Shown here: positions 10,028-19,216 of the stretch, piece after piece
Numbering within the stretch: position 1 is the stretch's first letter
Layout: each line of letters opens with the position of its first letter
From: Candidatus Heimdallarchaeota archaeon
GTDB taxonomy: Archaea; Asgardarchaeota; Heimdallarchaeia; Hodarchaeales; Hodarchaeaceae
NCBI GenBank assembly: GCA_020353515.1
Contig: CP070695.1
Span: 4,092,291 to 4,128,120 of the forward strand
Length of the DNA stretch: 35,830 bases
Direction of reading: 5' to 3'
Notes under the pieces: generated by a model
What the model was told of the DNA's origin: nothing
Seen by the model: the letters and a program-made list of their open reading frames with translations, nothing else
Databases searched by the model: none
Position numbers and translations under genes: made by a program

Positions 10028-10963
10028 TTATTCCTCTCCTCCAATGTAAAAAACTGTTGTTTCATCCACTGTAACCCGACTTCTTGCCGTGATTCTCTTA
10101 GGTTTTGCCCCTAACATCAAGACACCAAGATCACTCAACCAACTTATTGACTCAAACAAGCTTAAGTTTTGAAATCCAGTTGTTTTCTGAAAGTGTCGGT
10201 CTATTTCGGAATGACTTCTCTCTCCAATGCTTTCTTTTAGATAATCAAATAATGGTTTGAAGAACTTGTTAGTATTTTTATTTAGAAAATCTTCAACAAG
10301 ATTTAATGTGTATTCTACACTTTCTTTAGAAAACCCCTTTTTGAACACATTCGATATTATATTTTCTAATATCTGATTTGTTGATACTTCCTGGGCTTGA
10401 GTAATAATATCTCTCCCTGGAATTTTTCCTTCCAGGAAAATTAAAATCCGTGCAATTTCCTGAGTTGCTAAGATTACCCAGTTAAAGCTATTTTCGAGAG
10501 ATTCCTCAATGTAAAGCGTTTTCTTGATTTTATGTATACTACTTACCAATATTTCAGAGCGTACGAGGATTTGGAGCTCCCTATCTCTCTCTGCAACAGT
10601 AAACATATCCCGATTAAACTCTGAAATCCCTCTATCAATTGAATGAATCAGTTTGCTGGTAGAGAGCATATGATGCATCATACTTCCTTGAAGAAATCTC
10701 TGTTGATTTCGACGATAATCATTTCGAGACATAATATAAGCGTTAATTTGTACGTCATTCTCTCTTACTACAATTAAATCCTGAAGGACTCGTTCCTCAT
10801 TAGTGACAATCACCATGTCGATATCTGATTTTTCCCACACAATACCGTTGGTGTAGCTGCCAAGTACAAACACAGCGAGGATACTATTATCAGGTTCAAT
10901 TCTGTTCATAAATAACTCGAGGGCCTTATCAAACTTCTGACGTAGTTTTTTATCTTCCACCAA
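10028..10963 (-). CDS. Pol-beta-superfamily nucleotidyltransferase-domain protein with helical middle domain and probable C-terminal winged helix
   Basis: VLGSYTNG..WEKSDIDMVIV (hGS..DxD); C-terminal SHSEIDRHF..SISWLSDLGVL followed by a beta hairpin; GGAGG at 10975-10971; start TTG 10963 or GTG 10960. Confidence 0.8.
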   Translation of the reverse strand: MVEDKKLRQKFDKALELFMNRIEPDNSILAVFVLGSYTNGIVWEKSDIDMVIVTNEERVLQDLIVVRENDVQINAYIMSRNDYRRNQQRFLQGSMMHHMLSTSKLIHSIDRGISEFNRDMFTVAERDRELQILVRSEILVSSIHKIKKTLYIEESLENSFNWVILATQEIARILIFLEGKIPGRDIITQAQEVSTNQILENIISNVFKKGFSKESVEYTLNLVEDFLNKNTNKFFKPLFDYLKESIGERSHSEIDRHFQKTTGFQNLSLFESISWLSDLGVLMLGAKPKRITARSRVTVDETTVFYIGGEE

Positions 10964-11185
10964 ACTATTTCCTCCGGTAAATAGAAGAAAGTAATCATTT
11001 AGTAAAAGAAAATCTCTCTTTTAAAAGAGGAGGATTTCCACAAAAGACTGAGGAGAGGATAAATTCCCCTCTATAAAAGTATTTTTTTCATGGCAAGCCG
11101 GAGGATTTTCAATTTGGCAATTTGGAAAATATCAAGCCAAATTTCGTCAGATTATCAATTTTAATTTGATCAAATTTAAAATAAT
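10964..11185 (-). promoter_or_regulatory. Structured leader/promoter region of the NTase-uvrA operon
   Basis: Palindrome AATTTGATCAAATT (11163-11176) overlaps a TTTAAAT box. Stem-loops lie at about 11105-11130, 11054-11072 and 11008-11039, the last followed by a U-tract on the minus strand. Positions 11098-11105 are complementary to the SD region 10970-10977. Confidence 0.45.
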
Positions 11186-11429
11186 TTTTGTTATTTAGAT
11201 TTTGGTTGTGGTAATTCGGCTATTCAAAGGTTAGTTCTGTTTTAAGAATTTCAATGTATCACTTTATCTTACAGGCCAAAAAATAATATGAAACACTAGA
11301 ACAATATACATCTGCGCCTGAAGTTTTTGAACAAACCAGACTCCTTGATTACATGCAAAAAGCCAGTCAAGAAGTCTTTGTGAGACAATAAGATACTTGG
11401 AGAATGAAAAAAATAGGAAGGAGTTGAAC

Positions 11430-11930
11430 TCAGCTAAATAAAGGTTCAACTTCGGGTTTAGTGAGGATGTATAACCCAGCTACCCCAAAAATGGTTCCCA
11501 CAGGAATGACAAAAAGAGAAAAAGCCCCAATAATCATGGTACCAATACGACCAGAATTTTTGTATTGCATCAGTTTGATACCACTCAAAATAGCCGCAAG
11601 TGAAAAAATTACAAAGACAATTGCCATAAAAGCGATAAATACCGCGACAAAAGTAGCGACAGTTTGAGATGTAAGTGCGCCGTCGCTAGCATTTAACACC
11701 CCCTCAGCCATTAAAGCAGGAATAAATGCTGCGAAAAAACCAAAGAAAGCCGAAACAAGTAAACCTACTATTCCAAAAACAATTTCTACAACACCAATAA
11801 TTTGGATATACCCTCGAATTTCTTTTGTCCGAGGTCTGTCAGGGCGAGTCAATGCTGTGCCACATGATTGACAAAAGAATTCATTCGGTTTTGCTAATTC
11901 ACCACAATTGGGACATTCATTTAAACTCAT
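11430..11930 (-). CDS. Zinc-ribbon membrane protein
   Basis: N-terminal CPNCG..FCQSCG followed by 3-4 hydrophobic helices; GGTGG upstream. Confidence 0.82.
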   Translation of the reverse strand: MSLNECPNCGELAKPNEFFCQSCGTALTRPDRPRTKEIRGYIQIIGVVEIVFGIVGLLVSAFFGFFAAFIPALMAEGVLNASDGALTSQTVATFVAVFIAFMAIVFVIFSLAAILSGIKLMQYKNSGRIGTMIIGAFSLFVIPVGTIFGVAGLYILTKPEVEPLFS

Positions 11931-12189
11931 TATTTTCCACCATTATCTTGCTATTATCAGTATTAGAGTTGTTTGCGAAATTTAAATAGCTTGTGAAAGA
12001 GGCTTGTATAGTTCTTTGATGTTGAAGTATTTCAAGAATAGAAGATATAATGATTAGATAATTCATGTTGTTTCAGTTTCTTAGCTTCTGAAAAAATTAT
12101 TAACTGTAATAGAGCCTTATTGTAGTTAAATGTTCATGAAATCCCTAACATTTTTAAGAGGGGCAATAGAATTCGAATAAGACGGTATT

Positions 12190-13635
12190 ATGCCACATTT
12201 TTTAGAGAAACTGATGAATCCTAAGTCAGTCGCTTTTCTTGGGGCAAGTAATAATTTTACAACCATGGGTACTGGACAACTCTACGTCTTACGTACTCGT
12301 TTTAAAGGAAAAATTTACCCAGTTCATCCAACTGAAACATCAATTTTAGGTTTTCCCGCGTTCAAAACACTGGAAGATCTACCTGAAGTTCCAGACATTC
12401 TTATTATTGTCCTGCCAACTCGACTTGTTATTGATTATTTAGAGAAAGCAGGTCAATGTGGAATTCGTCACGTGATCATAGTATCTGCGGGGTTCAGTGA
12501 GGTCGGTGAATCGGAAAATCAAACCGAATTAAATAGAATTGCAGACAACTATAGAATGCGTTTTATAGGGCCTAATTGCATTGGGATAATTAATCTTCAC
12601 TGTTCAGAGGGAATTTTTAATTGTACTTGGTTTCCTTTCGAGCTCCCCGAAGGCCAACACGGTAACGTTTCGCTGATAAGTCAATCTGGTTCATGGATTT
12701 CCCAGATCTTGATTTGGATGGAAAGAAGAGGAATACGCCTCGGAAAAGCGGTCTCTGTTGGAAATGAGGCTAACATTAACATCACAGATTGTATGAAATA
12801 TTTTCGTGATGACCCTGACACCGAGGTAGTTGGGATCTACATCGAAGGAGTGAAATGTGAAGGACGAAGGTTTGCAAAGGCACTTCGTGAATTAGCTAAA
12901 AAGAAACCCGTTGTTGTACATTATGTTGGAGGAACAAAGGCTGGATCAAGAGCAGGAATGTCTCACACTGCTTCATTAGGAGGAAAATCCTCAATTTATG
13001 GGACCGTCTTTAAACAAGCAGGTGTTATCGAAACATCAACAATGGAAGAATTGTATGAATATCTTCACGCGTTTTCCCTCGTTTACCCTCCTAAAGGTAA
13101 CCGGGTTGGACTCATAACAAATTCGGGGGGACCTGCAGTGACATTTGCAGATAGTTGTGAGAGATATGGTCTACCTGTTCCTTCGTTTTCATCTGAACTC
13201 CAAGGAAAAATTAGAGATGTTGTCCGATCAACAGCTTCAGCAAATAATCCTATCGATCTAACTTTCGACATGAATATGGATTTGTTTTACAGGGAGGTTC
13301 CCCGTCTCATATGGCAATCGGGGGAGGTGGATGTTCTTTTAATATACGGTGTTTTTGGGGGAAACATGATGGAGCGAATGTTTAAATTTGGGAACAATGA
13401 ATTCATGGAAATGCTCCCAGCAACATTCTTTGAAAACATGTTGAGAGAAAATTTGAAGGATTTCGTTGCTTGGATTCATGAGAATAAGATTCCAGTGTTA
13501 ATAAGTTGCTTGGATACTGCTGATGAAGCAGTAGCGTATCTTCAGAATCAAGGTATTGCTGTTTTTAAGTGGCCTTCAATGGCAGCAAGAGCAATGAAAG
13601 CTATGGTGGATTATTATTCTAAAAGGGGTAACTAA
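12190..13635 (+). CDS. acdA: ADP-forming acetate/acyl-CoA ligase alpha subunit (CoA-binding protein)
   Basis: PKSVAFLGAS, IGPNCIG, ISQSG, VSVGNEA, SHTASLGG (phospho-His), ITNSGGP and NPIDLT. No ATP-grasp beta domain is fused. Confidence 0.88.
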   Translation: MPHFLEKLMNPKSVAFLGASNNFTTMGTGQLYVLRTRFKGKIYPVHPTETSILGFPAFKTLEDLPEVPDILIIVLPTRLVIDYLEKAGQCGIRHVIIVSAGFSEVGESENQTELNRIADNYRMRFIGPNCIGIINLHCSEGIFNCTWFPFELPEGQHGNVSLISQSGSWISQILIWMERRGIRLGKAVSVGNEANINITDCMKYFRDDPDTEVVGIYIEGVKCEGRRFAKALRELAKKKPVVVHYVGGTKAGSRAGMSHTASLGGKSSIYGTVFKQAGVIETSTMEELYEYLHAFSLVYPPKGNRVGLITNSGGPAVTFADSCERYGLPVPSFSSELQGKIRDVVRSTASANNPIDLTFDMNMDLFYREVPRLIWQSGEVDVLLIYGVFGGNMMERMFKFGNNEFMEMLPATFFENMLRENLKDFVAWIHENKIPVLISCLDTADEAVAYLQNQGIAVFKWPSMAARAMKAMVDYYSKRGN

Positions 13636-13652
13636 CGGAGTATTTATTGATT

Positions 13653-14096
13653 TTAATTTTGGAGCTTCTTTTTCGACCAAAACGTGCCTTTCTGTTCAAG
13701 CCACTGCTGATAACACTGAAGAATAAAGTTGTGATCAAATGCAAGGTTAATTTTAAGAGCTTCTTCTACCGTACACAAGGTCAAGCTCCCAGCATCTGAT
13801 CCTGCTTTTAATTTCCCAATATATTTGCATATAAACACAGTTGATATAACACGTCCTCTTGGATCCCTATCAGGATCAGAAAAAATCCCTAGAATTTCCT
13901 GTAGCTCTACATCTACACCTGTTTCTTCCTTCATTTCACGAATAAGAGCCTCTTCAATAGTTTCACCTTCATCAACGGTTCCACCAGGCAGTGCCCAATA
14001 ATCATAATAGGTGACACCTTTGCGTCGAATAAGAACAATCTTTCCGTTCTCGTTGATCAGAATGCCATCTGCAGCATGTAGCATTTTATTAAGCAT
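13653..14096 (-). CDS. Nudix hydrolase (ADP-ribose pyrophosphatase-like)
   Basis: Nudix box GGTVDEGETIEEALIREMKEETG, plus DPDRDPRG, AGSDA and LAFDH. Confidence 0.92.
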   Translation of the reverse strand: MLNKMLHAADGILINENGKIVLIRRKGVTYYDYWALPGGTVDEGETIEEALIREMKEETGVDVELQEILGIFSDPDRDPRGRVISTVFICKYIGKLKAGSDAGSLTLCTVEEALKINLAFDHNFILQCYQQWLEQKGTFWSKKKLQN

Positions 14097-14120
14097 GGTT
14101 ATTCCACAATCAACTAAGTA

Positions 14121-15485
14121 TTAAGTTTCAGCCATTTTTTCCATTAATCTGGCAAGGCAAACCTGTCCTTGTTTGAAGTCTTCAACCTTAATGTTTTCGT
14201 TAGGAGCATGTCCACGGCTTCCCACATGAGCCACTCCTATTGAGAGAACAGGTATATGATCGGCAAATAAATACAAAGGGCCTGAAGCAGGACTCCAAGG
14301 ATGAATAATTGGGGTATGACCATAAACTTCGAGCATTGTTTCCTTAAGTAGGCCAACAAAAGGAACCGACAATGGTGTAAAGGCAGGACGGTACCCATCA
14401 AACCATTCAATCTCAACATTGAAGTTATTCTTCTTGAAATGATCTCGTAACATCTGAATAACGTCTTCTGGGGTCTGATTTGGCACTAGTCTAAAGTCTA
14501 ATTTAGCGTGAGCCTCAGCAGGGAGTACTGTTTTACCACCTTCTCCTTGCCAACCTGACCAAATTCCACAAATTGTGCAGGTCGGGTTTAAATAGTACTT
14601 CTTAAGTAATTCCTCACCATGTAAGTCCCCTATGAACTTCTTAATACCAAGTTGCTCTTTTTGTTTCTCTTCATCCATAGTGTCTTTAATCTTTAAAATA
14701 GCCTCAAGAACTTCCTTAGACGGAGTAATGATGGGATTATAAAAATTTTCAATTTGAATTTTATCTGTTTGATCATTTCTTAATGATGCAAGAGCTGCAA
14801 CCAAATGATTAGCGGGATTCTCAACGATGGATCCATATGCTGAATGTAAGTCTCGATTTGGACCTGTAGTTTTCAGTTGAACATAACAAATCCCTTTCAC
14901 TCCACCCCAGATTTCTTGCATTCCCAAAGTATTTGTACCTCCAAATTCCCAAATACATGAAGTTTGGTCTGAAAATAAGAAATCGTGGTGAGAATCAACA
15001 TATTCTTTTAAATTTGGGCTTGAAACTTCTTCCTCTCCTTCAATGATGAATTTAACGTTAACAGGTAATTCCCCATGCAGCTCTTGGATCATTTTTATGG
15101 CATAAACTCTTGCTATTATATTGCCTTTATTATCTGCAACTCCTCGGCCATATATCATTCCCTCTCTTATTTCTGGTTCGAATGGAGGACTCGTCCATTG
15201 ATCAAATGGTTCTGCAGGTTGTACGTCATAATGATCATAGAAAAGTAATGTTTTTGGTTTATCTGTTTTTGAGGTACTCGTGAAAACCGGTTCTCCTTTA
15301 GTTTCAGTAGTTAAAGTTTCAAAATCTAAGTCTCTGAAAATCCTATTTAATTCGGTTATTGCTTCAGATGAATATTCTCCTCCTTTTGCAGTCACGGTAG
15401 GTATTCTAGTAAGCTTGAATAGATCCTCAAGAGCATTATCAAGATTTTTTTCTGCAAATTTTTCTAAATCTTTGAGTAAAACCAT
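14121..15485 (-). CDS. M20/M25/M40 metallopeptidase (ArgE/DapE-like)
   Basis: YDHYDVQP, GRGVADNKG, EGEEE, DLHS and HAPNE. Confidence 0.93.
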   Translation of the reverse strand: MVLLKDLEKFAEKNLDNALEDLFKLTRIPTVTAKGGEYSSEAITELNRIFRDLDFETLTTETKGEPVFTSTSKTDKPKTLLFYDHYDVQPAEPFDQWTSPPFEPEIREGMIYGRGVADNKGNIIARVYAIKMIQELHGELPVNVKFIIEGEEEVSSPNLKEYVDSHHDFLFSDQTSCIWEFGGTNTLGMQEIWGGVKGICYVQLKTTGPNRDLHSAYGSIVENPANHLVAALASLRNDQTDKIQIENFYNPIITPSKEVLEAILKIKDTMDEEKQKEQLGIKKFIGDLHGEELLKKYYLNPTCTICGIWSGWQGEGGKTVLPAEAHAKLDFRLVPNQTPEDVIQMLRDHFKKNNFNVEIEWFDGYRPAFTPLSVPFVGLLKETMLEVYGHTPIIHPWSPASGPLYLFADHIPVLSIGVAHVGSRGHAPNENIKVEDFKQGQVCLARLMEKMAET

Positions 15486-15594
15486 TTATAATTCTCCTTC
15501 GATTTGAATATTGCTGAAAAGCACTTTATTTTAAATTATTGTAAAGTCGGAGAGTTATTAAACTCTAGATTATATAAAAATTGCTTCCAAATCA

Positions 15595-15972
15595 TCAGGA
15601 GAAAAGTAGATATAGCGTAATTATTCCCTGGATTACTGAAAGTATTAAAGTTCCAATTAAAATGAACATCGAAATTGGTAGAGTAAATTCATTCCTTTTT
15701 TTAATCTTTATGAAGTACATGTGGATAGTAAATGCAAATAATCCAGCAAAACTGAGTAATAATGATACAAAGTAGCCTTCAGAAGATCCCTGAAATACCA
15801 ATATTAAACCGTACATAAATATGAATAGAATTGGAAAATGAAAAATGAGAAAACCTGTTATACCCCCCTTCATTTTGAACAATTCCCATTCTTGCCAGTA
15901 AGCAGACTCTATTTCATGAATCATCAAGAAAATCGAATTAAATAAGTAGATCCAAAAAAGAATTTCTATCAA
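15595..15972 (-). CDS. Small four-TM membrane protein (DUF6713-like)
   Basis: HEIESAYWQEWELF motif with His residues in TM helices; GGAG upstream of the TTG start. Confidence 0.7.
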   Translation of the reverse strand: MIEILFWIYLFNSIFLMIHEIESAYWQEWELFKMKGGITGFLIFHFPILFIFMYGLILVFQGSSEGYFVSLLLSFAGLFAFTIHMYFIKIKKRNEFTLPISMFILIGTLILSVIQGIITLYLLFS

Positions 15973-16150
15973 AATTGACCATTCTCCTTTATTAATATAC
16001 TTTTAACGTTTCTAGATGGATTGTCAGTTTTACTGAATAAAAGAGTTCGTGTACAACGTACACTTACTTAGAATGATGTGCCAAGGATTGAAATAAAAGA
16101 TGAATCGATAAGTCAGAACCAATAGTGTTATCAAAAAAACAGGTGGTTAC

Positions 16151-18094
16151 TTGAACTCTAATTTTGATCATTCAATACGAGTTGGTTTAGTAGACCTATC
16201 CACGTCCAAAATATCTATCAAATCTCATTCATTCCAAAATAGTGCATTTAATAAGTACCTTGGAGGAGAAGGACTTGCAGCTGATTATCTCCTCCGTGAA
16301 ATGCCTCCTAAAGCGGATCCATTAGGGCCTGATAATATTTTATGTTTTATTACTGGAGTCCTTAGTGGAACTGTCGTCCCATTTTCGGGCCGTTTTATAG
16401 TTGCTGGAAAATCACCTTTAACTGGCACATGGGGAGAAGCTAATTCAGGTGGACGATTTGGCCCTGAACTGCGTCAAGCTGGATTTGATTTATTACTCAT
16501 TAAAGGTAAAGCGGAAGCATTATCAATTCTGAACATCACAAATGATTCTATTGAAATAATCCCCTCTCCTAATCTAAAAGGTTTAGATTGTGTTGAAACT
16601 GAAATAGAATTGAAAAAAAAGTATGGATTAAAAGCTCAAGTGGCTAGTATTGGATTAGCTGGGGAGAATTTAGTCTTAATTACTGGTATTATAACGGATA
16701 AAGCAAGAGTTGCTGCCAGAAGTGGTCTTGGGGCGGTTATGGGGTCAAAAAATTTGAAGGCTGTTGTCGCTCGTGGAACTAAAGATATCCCAATTTTCGA
16801 TCCTGATGGACTTCGTGAACTCCGTACTATGGTTAATAAATGGGTCTCTAAAGGTTTGAACTTTCTATTAAAACCTAGCCTGAAAATGTCCACTACATTT
16901 GCTCCGTGGCTTCGACGCTTCAAAGTAAAGAATTATGAATCCATGAGTACAAGTAGTATGATTATTGAATCATATAAGCGATGGGGAACTGCAGCAGGAA
17001 CAGCAGTGCTAGTTGAGACAGGAGATGCGCCAGTAAAGAATTGGAAAGGGTGTTATAAGGACTTTCCTTTGAAAAAAAGTGCTAAATTAGCAACTGATAG
17101 TGTAACAAAGTATCGGATTCGGAAATATGGGTGTAAAAGGTGTCCAATGGCTTGTGGAGGAATAATGGAGTATAAGGATGAACAGTATGATCTTCCAGAA
17201 ACACAAAAGCCTGAGTATGAAACTTTAGCTATGTTAGGGTCAAATCTCCTCAATGATGATCTTGGTTCAATTTATGCAATGAATGATTATTGTAATAGAC
17301 AGGGATTAGATACTATCGCTGTTGGTTCAATTCTTGGATATCTAATGGAAGCTAAAGAAAACGGGATAATAACTAAAAATGATTTAGGTGAACTAAATAT
17401 AGAGTGGGGAAATTCAAAAGATTTACTTCCTTTGATTAAAATGATCACGAATCGGGAGGGAATAGGGGATTTATTAGCAGAAGGTGTGGGTAATGCAGCT
17501 AAGGAACTTGGCGGTGAGGAGTTTGCGATTCATATTAACAATCAAGCTATCCCCGCGCATGATCCTCGATTCGCAAAAGCTTTCATAATTCCTTACAGAC
17601 TCGATCCAAGTCCTGGGCGCCATACACCCTTTACAGAGGTAATGATTGATATTTCTAAATTTCAAAAATTATATCCCTCTTTAAACAAGATGAATAGAAC
17701 ATTCGACTATTATTGCTATCATCAAACGATTTCAACTCTAGGATTATGTCAATTTGGTCTTGTTATAGGTAATTATCCAGCCCTCGAGTTTGTCAACTTA
17801 GTAACAGGATTGAATTTGTCCATAGAAGATTTCATTAAGATTGGAGAGAGAACTTTAACAGTGAAACATCTATTTAATCTCCGAGAGGGAATCAATCCAT
17901 TGGACTATGAACTACCTAGAAGAATTCTGGAAAAAGCGGAAGACGGACCAAATCAAGATGTATCATTGATTGAGGAAGAAGGAAAAATTATCAAGGAGTT
18001 TCTCACGGCTCTGAAGTGGGATTTAAACACAACTATCCCTGATAGTGATCATTTAAAAGAACTAATGTTGGAAGATTTTATCATAAAATCCTAA
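16151..18094 (+). CDS. aor: Tungsten-dependent aldehyde:ferredoxin oxidoreductase family protein
   Basis: YLGGEG, KSPLTG, ANSGG, GAVMGSKNLKA, CxxCPxxCG (4Fe-4S), PEYET, GLDT, HDPR, LGLCQF and FNLREG. Confidence 0.93.
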   Translation: MNSNFDHSIRVGLVDLSTSKISIKSHSFQNSAFNKYLGGEGLAADYLLREMPPKADPLGPDNILCFITGVLSGTVVPFSGRFIVAGKSPLTGTWGEANSGGRFGPELRQAGFDLLLIKGKAEALSILNITNDSIEIIPSPNLKGLDCVETEIELKKKYGLKAQVASIGLAGENLVLITGIITDKARVAARSGLGAVMGSKNLKAVVARGTKDIPIFDPDGLRELRTMVNKWVSKGLNFLLKPSLKMSTTFAPWLRRFKVKNYESMSTSSMIIESYKRWGTAAGTAVLVETGDAPVKNWKGCYKDFPLKKSAKLATDSVTKYRIRKYGCKRCPMACGGIMEYKDEQYDLPETQKPEYETLAMLGSNLLNDDLGSIYAMNDYCNRQGLDTIAVGSILGYLMEAKENGIITKNDLGELNIEWGNSKDLLPLIKMITNREGIGDLLAEGVGNAAKELGGEEFAIHINNQAIPAHDPRFAKAFIIPYRLDPSPGRHTPFTEVMIDISKFQKLYPSLNKMNRTFDYYCYHQTISTLGLCQFGLVIGNYPALEFVNLVTGLNLSIEDFIKIGERTLTVKHLFNLREGINPLDYELPRRILEKAEDGPNQDVSLIEEEGKIIKEFLTALKWDLNTTIPDSDHLKELMLEDFIIKS

Positions 18095-18161
18095 GAAAAA
18101 AAGAAAATGCTTTTAGATAAATTCAAAGACTGCTTAACTGAATTTTGCGGATGAATAAAAA

Positions 18162-18500
18162 ATGTCAGAACAAGAAGCGATTAATGCAATCAATAAAATG
18201 TTGGAAAATTTTAACACAGAAAAAGCTAAAAAGACCTTCCGAAAATGGACGAAGACTATGGCTTTTGAATTCAGTGATTTAGGAAAGACTTTCTATACGA
18301 ACATCGAGCTTGGTGTCCCAAGTGACGTGGTCGAAGGAGAACCAGAAGGAAAGGTTCATGTACGAATCACAACTGATGCAGCAACATGGAAAGGGATCAT
18401 GTCTGGAGAAATCGGTGGAATGAAAGCGTATACAAGTAAAAAGCTAAAAGTAAAGGGTAGCATGCCCGATCTGTTAAAACTTCAAAAAATAATGAAATAA
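18162..18500 (+). CDS. SCP2 sterol/lipid-binding domain protein
   Basis: 112 aa; the C-terminus ITTDAATWKGIMSGEIGGMKAYTSKKLKVKGSM matches the SCP2 pattern. Confidence 0.88.
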   Translation: MSEQEAINAINKMLENFNTEKAKKTFRKWTKTMAFEFSDLGKTFYTNIELGVPSDVVEGEPEGKVHVRITTDAATWKGIMSGEIGGMKAYTSKKLKVKGSMPDLLKLQKIMK

Positions 18501-18581
18501 CAAGATTTTACTCTTTTTACTCATTTTAATCCTATAAAATCATGAAATTTTCGTTATTATATTCTTTTGGATGATGTAATA

Positions 18582-19202
18582 ATGACTTCTGATCAAGAAA
18601 TAAAAGTAGAATTATGTCAAACCATGAAGGAATTGTATACGGAACGTATCCTTACAGATATTGGAGGAAATTTGAGTTTTCGATCTGAAGATGACGATAA
18701 ATTTTTCTGGATCACTCCTTCTGGATTGCAGAAAAATATAGTTGAACCAAAACATCTGATTAAAATGTCAATGGACGGAGAAGTAATATCTGAAGAAACT
18801 GAGATGAATCCTTCCGTTGAGTGGCCAATGCATTTACGAATTTTTCAGGAGGATGAGGATTTCAAAGTAATTATTCATAGTCATGCTCCCCTGGCTACTT
18901 CTGTTTCTGTTCTTAAAGATCCACCTGAATTTCCCCCTCTAACTGCTGAACTAGGCTTTTTAGTTCCTGAAATTATTATTGTGCCATATGAACAATCAGG
19001 TTCAGAAGAGCTTGGAGAGGCTGTAGCAGACAAACTCTGGGATTCTAGCATATTAATACTAGAAAACCATGGTGTTGTAGCAGTAGGAGAAACATTTAGA
19101 GAAGCTGCAACAAAAACACGAGGGATGGAGGAATATTTCCGTCTTTATCTTAATGCACGACAATTTGGCGGAGAACTACGAAAATTTCCTGGTTTTGATT
19201 AG
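18582..19202 (+). CDS. Class II aldolase/adducin family protein (FucA-like)
   Basis: GGNLSFR, ITPSG, PSVEWPMH, IIHSHAP and LENHG (three Zn His and the catalytic Glu). ATG 18582 is preferred over TTG 18567. Confidence 0.9.
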   Translation: MTSDQEIKVELCQTMKELYTERILTDIGGNLSFRSEDDDKFFWITPSGLQKNIVEPKHLIKMSMDGEVISEETEMNPSVEWPMHLRIFQEDEDFKVIIHSHAPLATSVSVLKDPPEFPPLTAELGFLVPEIIIVPYEQSGSEELGEAVADKLWDSSILILENHGVVAVGETFREAATKTRGMEEYFRLYLNARQFGGELRKFPGFD

Positions 19203-19216
19203 GAGACGATGCTTAA

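Noticed and set aside
10028-10963. NTase as an MNT antitoxin or CBASS cyclase
   Set aside because: There is no adjacent HEPN toxin with RxxxxH or recognisable CBASS effector, and the protein's size and architecture fit neither.
11192-11449. LDFGCGN (methyltransferase motif-like) and short coding-looking frames, plus the 61-aa minus ORF
   Set aside because: The pieces lie in different frames with stops and show no further motifs. A decayed gene is possible but cannot be supported.
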